Shown: in pieces, positions 32,701-45,270 of the stretch
How positions within the stretch are numbered: position 1 is the first letter of the stretch
How the letters are laid out: each line of letters opens with the position of its first letter
Origin: Pecten maximus
Lineage: Eukaryota
Direction: 5' to 3'
DNA: 64,000 bases
Assembly: GCF_902652985.1 (NCBI RefSeq)
Contig: NC_047029.1
Span: forward strand, 1,364,001 to 1,428,000
Program-made: the position numbers and the translations under genes
Notes under the pieces: generated by a model
Told to the model about the DNA's origin: nothing
The model's database searches: none
Seen by the model: only the letters and a program-made list of their open reading frames with translations

Positions 32701-34897
32701 GTCATATAGATCGTCATTGTTGGTCGTGTCATAGATCGTCATTGTTAATTCTGTCATAGATCGCCATTTTTGGTCGTGTCATAGATCGCCATTGTTAGTC
32801 GTGTCATTGATCGTCATTGTTAGTCGTGTCATAGATCGTCATTGTTGGTCGTGTCATATATCGCCATTGTTAGTCGTGTCATAGATCGTCATTGTTGGTC
32901 GTGTCATATAGATCTCCATTGTTGGTCGTGTCATAGATCGCCATTGTTGGTCGTGTCATAGATCGTCATTGTTAGTCGTGTCATAGATCGCCATTGCTAG
33001 TTGTGTCATAGATCGTCATTGCTGGTCGTGTCATCATTCGTCATTGTTGGTCGTGTCATACATCGCCATTGTTGGTCGTGTCATAGATCGTCATTGTTAG
33101 TTCTGTCATGGATCGTCATTGTTGGTCGTGTCATAGATCATCATTGTTGGTCGTGTCATAGATCGTCATTGTTGGTCGTGTCATAGATCGACATTGTTGG
33201 TCGTGTCATGGATCGTTATTGTTGGTCGTGTCACAGATCGCCATTGTTAGTCGTGCCATATATCGCCATTGTTGGTCGTGTCATATAGATCGTCATTGTT
33301 AGTCGTGCCATATATCGCCATTGTTGGTCGTGTCATATATCGCCATTGTTGGTAATGGTTAATAACAGTATGGTTCTTGGTTGGTCGACTTCAATAATAA
33401 CTTAAACATTCTTACACATATTTGTCTTCTTTATGACAGATTTATTTTTTTATTTTTATTTTCTTTCTTTCATTTCCCTGCAGAAGATCCACATATTGTT
33501 GAGCTTGCTGCCAATGCTAGAAAGAGAGGCTATGCACCTTTTCACAGGTACATTTTACCGAGAAAAGAGTTCAAGACCGAGACATCAAAAACTAAATTTA
33601 AATTGTCAGCTGACCGCAAAACTCTTCTGTTGAGTGGAAAGGAAGTAGACGCGTGCATATTGAAATGCGCTTTGACAGCTTTTGTAAAATGGCTGGAAGG
33701 AATCGTGAATCCAGTACTGGTCGATCATTATGTGGAGTACCATACCAATGCCCTGCAAAGCGCCTTTTCCTACTTTCCACCGTTATTACAGCGATATAAG
33801 AAAATTGTGAGAAGAAAAAGCGATACTCTGCCGTTGTTTGGGAAATTGTTCCATCAGGGAAAACGTTTGACCAGAGCAGCACTGGCATCTGAAATCCTTG
33901 GTGAAAATTCATACACGGAATACAATGCTCGGGAACACGTGAGAGTGTTACTAGAAATGACCGAGAAGATGGGAATATCGAAAGCTGATATCCTCGTAAG
34001 TTTCACAGATCACACTAGTCTATTATGACATGTACATCCAGAAATATCGTCCTTAAGCAGGAGTATTTCAGTATGCACATGTACCATTTTGACTCTTTCA
34101 TATTTAGTCTGGGTTCAATTTACCGACACCAAGCTGTTATAAAAAAAAAACGTCGATAAAACGTACGAATAACTCGGACTACGAACTTCTGTACTTTGAA
34201 TTGTCGTGGTGTTTAGCTCAAGTGCTCTGAGGAATATGAAAAAGAAACCGACACTTCATTGTTAGCAAATTGTTTTCACCTTTGTGTCTCTAACAAATTG
34301 ATTTGCTCCATGTTTGATTGACGTTTCATTAACATATATACATTGTTAACCAAGTTTCCATATCATCCTCTATTGTCTGCTCATTTACACGATATCAAAA
34401 GTATCTTTCGGGGAAGGTCTTTCGGGCAAAGTAGTAACCAGCTATAGCGATCTTTCGGCTAGGGGGTTCTGTGCAGCAGATCATGAGCTAGAAGTTTAGC
34501 TATCGTTCGAGTTAGGGACCGTCTCTCAACATACATCTAGTATCTATAAGTACGACGTTGACATGCTCCATTGCAGACACCTGATCTGAACAAAAAGGTT
34601 TCGTTTTTGCTTGATAATTCCGATAGATATTTATTTAATGACAGGGTCAGCAAAAAACATCTGAAACCTATATTTCATGAAAATCACAATTAATATTGTT
34701 ATATTTTGCAGCGAAACGCAACGCCTCTGTCAAACCCAGAAATTTGTCACTCGTCTCCGGGGAACTCGGATAGTGAGGTTATCTATCAAAGACAAAAGAA
34801 GAGGAAACGAAAGAATCCGGATCAGAGTAGGAAAGAGAAGAAAATGAAAAAAGAGAAAAAAGAAGTAACATCAAATGAAAGCCCAGTGTCAGAATGA
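26736..34897 (+). CDS. Spliced gene (coding exons 26736-26787, 33484-33995, 34712-34897; ~249 aa): DEDDh/DnaQ-like exonuclease fold with degenerate catalytic motifs and basic C-terminal tail
   Basis: Kozak GCCATGG; GTAAGT donors at 26788 and 33996; polypyrimidine-CAG acceptors ending 33483 and 34711; phases join to MAAEQTLVYFNTQTTGLKDPHIVELAA...FHRYILP...PVLVDH...DTLPLF...YNAREHV...KKRKRK; AATAAA follows near 34908. Confidence 0.78.
27130..33352. repeat. 25-bp minisatellite (GTCATAGATCGTCATTGTTGGTCGT)n inside intron 1
   Basis: Period 25 (27181, 27206...); ~6.2 kb. Confidence 0.97.
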
Positions 34898-36014
34898 TCC
34901 AATTCGAATAAAGGTCTTAATAAGATGAAGAGCAAGAAAAAGAAGAAGCCCTTTCGCAGTCATTAGATGTGTTCGATTTAGTCCTATTCCCAGACCTTTT
35001 TAGTGAGCTTTTCAAGGTTTCTATATCGTGGACTTTTGTAGCACTTAAAACACCACCTGTAATTGAATGAGTTCCCGGTTGAAATAAAATTAGTCCTGTA
35101 CTAGGTCAACTTTGTAAAATAAAACACGTTCATTAATATAATCTATATACGTGTATGGTCTAACATACCGCGGGAACGTAGAATATGCACCCTATGTAAT
35201 TTAAGAGAAATAATTTCATTTATTCAACTGTGATCAGCAACTTATAATCAATAGCAGACGGAAATATATGTCTAGATAGTATCATGAAAGACCAAATACA
35301 TTTAAATTCCATACATTATTCAATTACGTAACTAAAAATGAACTTATTGCATTGGCTAAATTTATTATTGATATAAATGAGATAATTAATTCACAATACT
35401 GATGTCCATCCTGTTTTACCATGTATCATTGTGTATCCATTTGCTAACGTTCTTATTCTCTGCTCTGTACTGTTTACGAGAATGAAGAAATTGCCATTGT
35501 CATTGACCATGGCGTTCTGGTTTATAGGACTATGGACTTGGGACGAATCTAAACAAACACATTATTGGATACGACACCGTAATTAAATAATGAACCGATT
35601 ATCATGAACAGAAATTGACACAAGTAATTTTTGCGATATCATTTGCTTTGTAACAAAAATGTCCATGCATTTCCATGCTTAATTTCTCGATATCTTTACT
35701 TTTCTAGGGAAATTTTTTTTTTTTCAAATAAAAAAAAAATTCCATGAATGTCCGGAGAGCCAGTGTTGCTATGTTAAAGTATTTACATATCATTATTTTT
35801 TTCATTTTATCTGTGAAAATACACAATAAGAAATGTGTGTTTTGGGTTTTTTTTTGTTTTTTTGTTTTTTTTCTTCTTTTTTTTTCTGCCTGGGAGTGCC
35901 GTTGGAGAGAGAACAAACGTTCTCGCGGGAAAGTGTCGGACAGTTCTTTGCACCGTCTTAGTAACCGTCATAATAACAACACAAAGAATGTAGTTCCATC
36001 TACATTAGTTATTC

Positions 36015-36712
36015 TTACCATCTCGTTACACTAATTGTTACCATCTCGTAACACTTATTGTTACCATCTCGTAATACTTCTTGTTACCATCTCGTAACAC
36101 TTATTGTTACCATCTTGTAACACTTATTGTTACCATCTCGTAACACTTATTGTTTCCATCTCGTAACACTTATTGTTACCATCTCGTAACACTTATTGTT
36201 TCCATCTCGTAACATTTATTGTTACCATCTCGTAACACTTATTGTTTCCATCTCGTAACATTTATTGTTACCATCTCGTAACACTTATTGTAACCATCTC
36301 GTAACATTTCTTGTTACCATCTCGTAACAATTCTTATGTCCATCTCGTAACACTTACTGTTACCATCTCGGAACACTTATTGTTTCCATCTCGTAACACT
36401 TATTGTTACCATCTCGTAACACTTATTGTTTCCATCTCGTAACATTTATTGTTACCATCTCGTAACACTTATTGTTTCCATCTCGTAACATTTATTGTTA
36501 CCATCTCGTAACATTTATTGTTACCATCTCGTAACACTTATTGTAACCATCTCGTAACATTTCTTGTTACCATCTCGTAACAATTCTTATGTCCATCTCG
36601 TAACACTTACTGTTACCATCTCGGAACACTTATTGTCACAATCTTTGGACACTTATTGTCACAATCTTTGGACACTTATTGTTACCATCTCGTAACACTT
36701 ACTGTTACTATC
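36015..36712. repeat. 23-bp minisatellite (CCATCTCGTAACACTTATTGTTA)n
   Basis: Period 23 (36041, 36064...). Confidence 0.95.
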
Positions 36713-37395
36713 TAGTACGTACTACTGGTAATTAAAGTCTGAGAAAGATAACAGAACTGTTATCTAAACGTCACTAGCAATAACTATATTAGTTGTGTTA
36801 GATAACCATTTATATAAATTAATAAAGATGGTCACGGGAAACAACAATTGATTGTGCGAAGGAATCCATCTTTAAGTATAATAAAACAGTACAATATACA
36901 CCGATCCTACCTGCTCATCGTCTGGCACATAAACATTTAAAACGTAAACACGATTTCTCATATTTAGTATGCAAGGTAATTTTATCAGAAGTAGTCGTTT
37001 TAACTTTATTGAATCATAAATTTTAAATATTATGCATAGAATCACGAATTCATAATGTGTTTCACACTCTCTAATACCATCTTTGTCACAGCCTATTAAA
37101 TATATAATTAAATGATATGTCTAATAACCATAGAGGCTTAGACATGTAGACCTTGAGGTATGTATGTATCTGTCTGTGGGTGATATACTAGGATGATTCG
37201 GGCTTCCTGGTAGTATGTAAATTGGTCGATATTTTGTTACCCACCCCGCCCATCCCGAATACAGCAAGTGACTGATGGCTTGGGCTTGATTGCTCTCAAG
37301 AGTTTAGTTATACCCAATACCTAGCTATGGATCTGTATTCAACAAATCGCTAGAGTTATGTTATTTCATTCTTTGAAACACTACACATACAAGGT

Positions 37396-37836
37396 GGCAC
37401 GGTGGTCAAGTGGTAGAACGCAGGGCTATGTAACCGACGGGTCGCTGGTTCGAATACGGTTGTCTAACGGTAGGCCGCAGTGCTACGTGACCGAAGGGTC
37501 ATTGGTTCGAGTCCCGGCACGGTGGTCTAGTGGTGGGGCGCAGGGCCACGTAACCGAATGGTCGCTAGTTCAAGTTTCGGCACGGACGCTGTGTTGAACC
37601 ATTGAACAAGATACTTTATTCCGTTGTGTTTCAGTCGATTCAGCCGGAAATGAGTACGTGGTAGGGCATTGTAAGAAATGTCGTGTAAGGTGTTAGTGCC
37701 AAAATGGCAGCTCCGACTGTATATGCCCCCCAGGGAGTTGAGAAAGACATTGGCTGGTTTCTAAGACCCAATAGCCACGGTTTATAATTTGTGAACCACT
37801 TTGAGACGGCTATTATCAAATTATTATTATTATTAT
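37396..37836 (+). mobile_element. tRNA-derived (CORE-like) SINE with triplicated head and (ATT)n tail
   Basis: Three ~60-bp heads with A box (TGGTCAAGTGG) and B box (GGTTCGA) variants at 37396, 37457, 37516; CORE-like TTGAACAAGATACTTTAT...CAGTCGATTCAGC; TTATTATT tail. Confidence 0.7.
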
Positions 37837-38717
37837 GGTGGTCAGTGCCCAGCCTGCCAGAAGGCACTTTTTTTCAATGTGCCGTGCGCAATGCGAAAAG
37901 AGACAGCGCGCCATGCGAAGGGCGACAATGCGACAAGCGAAGAGCGACAATGCGTCAGCAATGACATTTGCGACAAAAGTACCAATGCGTCAGGCCGACA
38001 GAATTTTTATGTCGCATTGTTGCGTAATTCTGTCGTGTGTCGCGTTCATTTTGCCGCATTGCGCGCTATCACTCTTTGCATCGCGCCAATACGACAGTGC
38101 GACATGGCAGAATGCAGTCCCCATAGAAAAACTGCTAGACATGCTAATTTCTTTTTAGAATTTTGTATGCCTAACTCTAAATTAGGTCTGTTTTAAGAGT
38201 TTTGTATAACCAATGTCTGAATTCGGTATTTCTTTCTTAAACACAAACCGGGATACGGCTCAATAAAGATAAATTTTCGGTGTTGCATACTTTGACGATG
38301 TTTGTTCTAATATAATTGTTTAAATGCAGTCAATTGATAGTGTATTCTAGGTAGCCTCTTATATGGAACAGTGTCTCCATGTTGGTAGGTAGGTAAGTAA
38401 ATAGATGTTCGTTACTAACATGGTCTGATGATGGTGACAGAGTGTAAACAAAGAAAAGGCGTGCGTACAATCTAACAAAGGTTGTAATCACATACAAGAG
38501 AGACAATTTTTATACGTCTCGTCACACGTCATATTTTGAGGGAAACTTAAGATTCCTTTTCTAAACACTTGTTTCTTCAGTATTCTTCAACATAAGAAAT
38601 CAATTGACGTTTGTTTTTCATGGAAAAGATTTACAGAGAAAATTCTTTAAAAGATTTTCCTCTAAGTAACTAATGGGTTTTTTTTTATGAAATATTTATG
38701 GAACTCGAATAGACCGT

Positions 38718-39105
38718 CCCATCTTTCCCTCCTTAATTGTGGGCTTCGGGCGAGTTCCTCCCCTCTGATACTGGTCATGGGTTTGGGCAATTCTTACCCT
38801 CTTTCTTCTCCCTAATTGCGGACTACAGACGAGTTCCTCCCCTCTGATACTGGACACGGGTTCGGGCAATTCTTACCCTCTTTCTTCTCCCTAATTGCGG
38901 ACTACAGACGAGTTCCTCCCCTCTGATACTGGTCACGGGTTTGGGCAATTCTTACCCTCTTTCTTCTCCCTAATTGCGGACTACAGACGAGTTCCTCCCC
39001 TCTGATACTGGACACGTTCGGACAGATCTTGCACTCTTTCTCCTTTGTTATTGTGGACTGAAGCCTACAGGCGAGTACCTCCCTTCTGATACTGGACACG
39101 GGTTT
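38718..39105. repeat. 79-bp tandem repeat, ~5 copies
   Basis: CGAGTTCCTCCCCTCTGATACTGG at 38751, 38830, 38909, 38988 and degenerate at ~39072. Confidence 0.9.
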
Positions 39106-39469
39106 TTCGGGATTTCTGAGGGTAGATGTGATCCCCATTTTCTTCTCAGTGCCTTGCCCTTGTCTCGCTCTTTGTCGTATTTAATTTCAGTAATGCCTTC
39201 AAATTTCGCAGCTGTGAAGATCTTTTTGACATCAAAGTTGAAAACTAGCTTTTTATTACCCTTTCGATTTCTTTGGAAGCCGAAATACATTGTACCTCTA
39301 AATACAAGCTGTCGTTGTCTTGCCGAACACGGCCATGAGATCTCCTTGTTTGCTACATTTTAAACCATGTAAACAGTGGTTCTTTTGAAATGTTAAGAAT
39401 TATATGATATTCATTGAAATGTGAGGCTGTAGTATCTTCCCATTACGGTTTTGACATTATACTTTCGAT

Positions 39470-39900
39470 CCATTTATCCCCTTCCTGGTGCCCACACGTT
39501 AGGTTCTATAGATCCTTAGCACCACTGACGAGTCACAGAAGGAACAAGAAACAACTGGATAGTGTGGTTTGTTTCATTGCTCCATGGAATCTACCTCCAT
39601 ATTGGTATAGAGAGGTTGGTTTAGGGGTTGCCTTAGCCCGAGTTTCCTCTGGCCCTGACACCATGTCTTGCCAGAGGAAACTCGGACTAGGGGTTGCTGG
39701 TGTGTCTTACACCCACCGACTGTAATTATAGCGCTTGCTGTCTGTGTTCCTTCTAATTCTAAGCCTGTTCCGGCTCATCTTGTACACTGTAGTCTGTTTC
39801 TATATGTACTGGGAGATTGCTAAGTCATCGGCAAAATCCAGGTCGTCAAGTTTCCACTGTATCCCGTTTTTCTTGTCCGGCCTTCATAATCCAATAAATC
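39470..39900 (-). pseudogene. Decayed RTE-clade LINE reverse transcriptase fragment
   Basis: Minus strand 39880-39800 reads KKNGIQWKLDDLDFADDLAIS (RT FADD motif in RTE-type context); lower boundary approximate. Confidence 0.65.
39634..39689. mobile_element. 56-bp hairpin micro-insertion with ~9-bp TSD
   Basis: IR TAGCCCGAGTTTCCTCTGGC / GCCAGAGGAAACTCGGACTA; flanks GGGGTTGCCT and GGGGTTGCT. Confidence 0.7.
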
Positions 39901-40804
39901 TCGAGCCGAAAGTGAAAAGATGACAGTACATAGCTTAGGTACATCCCTATCTACGTCATGTAGACGCTTGACAGCTGGTGCGCATGGGATACATTTATGA
40001 TATATTATACCATTACAAATGTACATGTATGTGTTATTACGGTGTTAAGAGTACCTTGTTACTGAGTATAAATGAACAAAATAAATGACAACTGTATCAA
40101 GTAATTATGAATTATACGAACGTTTCGAAATCAAAAGTATATGACGTTACTCAAGCTGTTCCAATTGAAATCATGCATTGGTTCCTATTTTCTTAAGTTT
40201 TTTTTTTTAGTTTTTTTTTCTGTTATCATGGCGGAGAAGGATTGTGACATTGATACTAGCATGTGGACGGTTACCATGGAGAGTTGTAAATACTTCAACT
40301 GATTTCAGATAACGTTCTGTCGACAGTTTCCGTCACTTTACGGAAATAAACGAGTTAACAAGAAATGAGGATCTATTATAGCAAGCTTTATCGGCGCATG
40401 TCTTTCGATAGACAGGTTTTAATTGTCCGTGTGGTTCGTACAGGTATAATAAATCAGGTAATGTATGGGGTGGGCGGTAGGAAACATTTCAATTAGAGAC
40501 TTTATATATGGTATTGTGACCATAAATTCCGTTCCTATTACACTCTCCTACAGATATAGAGGCCTGAGTAAATATACCTGGTTCTATTAGCATGTGTCAT
40601 ACCCTGGAGTTTTAAAATGTGCATAGGAAACAGTCTTTGGTATGTACAGGTAATGTCATACCCAGACACCACTCTATTAGTGTGATATTTATTTAGGTTT
40701 GATTGGTTAGTAAATCTTATTTGTCAAAGATAATTATGGACCATTAGTCTTGCATTTGTTTGTTTTTTTCGACGACAAAGGCATTTTTTTATCTAGTTGT
40801 GTTT

Positions 40805-43800
40805 GTCATAATCTCGTCCTGTTGTGGTTTTCATTATCTCGCCCTATTAGGACTGCCATAATCTCGTCCTGTTGTGATTTTCATAATCTCGCCCTAATAT
40901 GACTGTCATAATCTCGTCCAGTTATGGCTATCATAATCTCGTCCTGTTGTGATTTTCATAATCTCGCCCTTTTATGACTGCCATAATCTCGTCCTGTTAT
41001 GACTATCATAATCTCGTCCCGCTATGGCTATCATAATCTCGTCCAGTTATGGCTATCATAATCTCGTCCTGTTATGATTGTCATAATCTCGTCCTATTAT
41101 GACTATCATAATCTCGTCCCGTTATGACTGTCATAATCTCTTACTGTTATGACTGTCATAATCTCGTCCAGTTATAACTGTCATAATCTCGCCCTAATAT
41201 GACTGCATAATCTCGTCCTGTTGTGATTTTCATAATCTCGCCCTAATATGGCTGTCATAATTTTCTCGTCCAGTTAAGGCTATCATAATCTCGTCCAGTT
41301 ATGGCTATCATAATCTCGTCCTGTTGTAATTTTCATAATCTCGCTCTATTTAGACTGCCATAATCTCGTCGTGTTATGACTGTCATCATCTCGACCAGTT
41401 ATGGCTATCATAATCTCGTCCAGTTATGGCTATCATAATCTGGTCCTGATAGGACTGTCATAATCTCGTCCCGTTATGACGCGTCCTGTTTTGACTGTCA
41501 TAATCTCGCCCTGTTATGACTGTCATAATCTCGTTCCGTTAAGACTGTCATAATCTCGTCCCGTTAAGACTGTCATAATCTCGTCCCGTAAAGACTGTCA
41601 TAATCTCGTCCCGTCAAGACTGTCATAATCTCGTCCCGTAAAGACTGATATAATCTCGTCCCGTTAAGACTGTCATAATCTCGTCTTGTTGTGACTGTCA
41701 TAATCTCGTCCTGTTATGACTGTCATAATCTCGTCCTGTTATGACTGTCATAATCTCGTCCCGTTATGACTGTCATAATCTCGTCCTGTTTTGACTGTCA
41801 TAATCTCGTCCAGTTATGACTGTCATAATCTCGCCCTGTTATGACTGTCATAATCTCGTCCTGTTGTGATTGTCATAATCTCGTCCTGTTATGACTGTCA
41901 TAATCTCGTTCTGTTTTGACTGTCATAATCTCGTCCCGTTATGACTGTCATAATCTCGTCCCGTTATGACTGTCATAATATCGTCCCGTTTTGACTGTCA
42001 TAATCTCGTCCCGTTATGACTGTTATAATCTCGTCCTGCTGTGACTGTCATAATCTCGTCCTGTTATGACTGTCATAATCTCGTCCTGTTTTGACTGTCA
42101 TAATCTCGTCCTGTTATGACTGTCATAATCTCGTCCTGCTGTGACTGTCATAATCTCGTCCTGTTATGACTATCATAATCTCGTCCTGTTTTGACTGTCA
42201 TAATCTCGTCCTGTTGTGATTTTCATAATCTCCTCATGTTATGACTGTCATAATCTCGTCCCATTATGACTGTCATAATCTCGTCCCATTATGACTGTCA
42301 TAATCTCGTCCCATTATGACTGTCATAATCTCGTCCTGTTTTGACTGTCATAATCTCGTCCTGTTATGACTGTCATAATATCGTCCTGTTATGGCGGTCA
42401 TAATCTCGCCCTGTTATGACTATCATAATCTCGTCCTGTTTTGACTGTCATAATCTCGTCCCGTTATGACTGTCATAATCTCGTCCTGTTTTGACTGTCA
42501 TAATATCGTCCCGTTATGACTGTCATAATCTCGTCCTGTTTTGACTGTCATAATCTCGTCCTGTTATCACTGTCATAATCTCGTCCCGTTGTGACTGTCA
42601 TAATCTCGTCCCGTTGTGACTGTCATAATCTCGTCCTGTTGTGACTGTCATAATCTCGTCCTGTTATGACTGTCATAATCTCGTCCTGTTGCGACTGTCA
42701 TAATCTCGGCCTGTTGTGATTGTCATAATCTCGTCCTGTTGTGATTTTCATAATCTCGCCCTAATATGGCTGTCATAATTTTCTCGTCCAGTTAAGGCTA
42801 TCATAATCTCGTCCAGTTATGGCTATCATAATCTCGTCCTGTTGTAATTTTCATAATCTCGCTCTATTTAGACTGCCATAATCTCGTCGTGTTATGACTG
42901 TCATCATCTCGACCAGTTATGGCTATCATAATCTCGTCCAGTTATGGCTATCATAATCTGGTCCTGATAGGACTGTCATAATCTCGTCCCGTTATGACGC
43001 GTCCTGTTTTGACTGTCATAATCTCGCCCTGTTATGACTGTCATAATCTCGTTCCGTTAAGACTGTCATAATCTCGTCCCGTAAAGACTGTCATAATCTC
43101 GTCCCGTCAAGACTGTCATAATCTCGTCCCGTAAAGACTGATATAATCTCGTCCCGTTAAGACTGTCATAATCTCGTCTTGTTGTGACTGTCATAATCTC
43201 GTCCTGTTATGACTGTCATAATCTCGTCCTGTTATGACTGTCATAATCTCGTCCCGTTATGACTGTCATAATCTCGTCCTGTTTTGACTGTCATAATCTC
43301 GTCCAGTTATGACTGTCATAATCTCGCCCTGTTATGACTGTCATAATCTCGTCCTGTTGTGATTGTCATAATCTCGTCCTGTTATGACTGTCATAATCTC
43401 GTTTTGTTTTGACTGTCATAATCTCGTCCCGTTATGACTGTCATAATCTCGTCCCGTTATGACTGTCATAATATCGTCCTGTTTTGACTGTCATAATCTC
43501 GTCCCGTTATGACTGTTATAATCTCGTCCTGCTGTGACTGTCATAATCTCGTCCTGTTATGACTGTCATAATCTCGTCCTGTTATGACTGTCATAATCTC
43601 GTCCTGCTGTGACTGTCATAATCTCGTCATGTTATGACTATCATAATCTCGTCCTGTTTTGACTGTCATAATCTCGTCCTGTTGTGATTTTCATAATCTC
43701 CTCATGTTATGACTGTCATAATCTCGTCCCATTATGACTGTCATAATCTCGTCCCATTATGACTGTCATAATATCGTCCTGTTATGGCGGTCATAATCTC

Positions 43801-45270
43801 GCCCTGTTATGACTATCATAATCTCGTCCTGTTTTGACTGTCATAATCTCGTCCTGTTATGACTGTCATAATCTCGTCCTGTTTTGACTGTCATAATCTC
43901 GTCCCGTTATGACTGTCATAATCTCGTCCTGTTTTGACTGTCATAATCTCGTCCTGTTATCACTGTCATAATCTCGTCCCGTTGTGACTGTCATAATCTC
44001 GTCCCGTTGTGACTGTCATAATCTCGTCCTGTTGTGACTGTCATAATCTCGTCCTGTTATGACTGTCATAATATCGTCCTGTTGCGACTGTCATAATCTC
44101 GTCCCGTTATGACTGTCATAATCTCGTCCTGTTTTGACTGTCATAATATCGTCCCGTTATGACTGTCATAATCTCGTCCCGTTATGACTGTCATAATCTC
44201 GTCCTGTTGTGACTGTCATAATCTCGTCCCGTTATGACTGTCATAATCTCGTCCTGTTGTGACTGTCATAATCTCGTCCTGTTGTGATTGTCATAATTTC
44301 GTCCTGTTATGACTGTCATAATCTCGTCCCGTTATGACTGTCATAATCTCGTCCTGTTATGACTGTCATAATCTCGTCCAGTTATGACTGTCATAATCTC
44401 GTGCTGTTATGACTGTCATAATCTCGTCCTGTTGTGAATGTCATAATCTCGTCCTGTTATGACTGTCATAATATCGTCCTGTTTTGACTGTCATAATCTC
44501 GTCCCGTTATGACTGTCATAATCTCGTCCCGTTATGACTGTCATAATCGCGTCCTGTTATGACTGTCATAATCTCGTCCCGTTGTGACTGTCATAATCTC
44601 GTCCTGTTGTGACTGTCATAATCTCGTCCTGTTATGACTGTCATAATCTCGTCCTGTTATGACTGTCATAATCTCATCCCGTTAAGATTGTCATAATCTC
44701 GTCCCGTTGCGACTGTCATAATCTCGTCCTGTTTTGACTGTCATAATCTCGTCCTGTTTTGACTGTCATAATCTCGTCCCGTTAAGACTGTCATAATCTC
44801 GTCCCGTTATGACTGTCATAATCTCGTCCCGTTATGACTGTCATAATCTCGTACTGTTACGACTGTCATAATCTCGCCCTGTTACGACTGTCATAATCTC
44901 GCCCTGTTATGACTGTCATAATCTCGTACCGTTATGACTGTCATAATCTCGTCCCGTTAAGACTGTTGTCATAATCTCGTCCTGTTGTGACTGTCATGAT
45001 ATCGTCCTGTTATGACTGTCATAATCTCGTCCCGTTATGACTGTCATAATCTCGTACTGTTACGACTGTCATAATCTCGCCCTGTTACGACTGTCATAAT
45101 CTCGCCCTGTTATGACTGTCATAATCTCGTCCCGTTATGACTGTCATAATCTCGTCCCGTTAAGACTGTTGTCATAATCTCGTCCTGTTGTGACTGTCAT
45201 GATATCGTCCTGTTTTGACTGTCATGATATCGTCCCGTTTTGACTATCATAATCTCGTGCTGTTATGACT
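40805..45270. repeat. 25-bp minisatellite (GTCATAATCTCGTCCTGTTATGACT)n
   Basis: Period 25; unit junction forms the palindrome TTATGAC-T-GTCATAA; internal 1518-bp duplication. Confidence 0.97.

Noticed and set aside
33381-33483. N-terminal extension of the 215-aa ORF at 33381
   Set aside because: It is the intron polypyrimidine tract; the coding exon begins at 33484.
27130-45270. Regular short repeats with palindromes resembling CRISPR arrays
   Set aside because: Units are head-to-tail with no unique spacers, no cas genes, and the context is eukaryotic.
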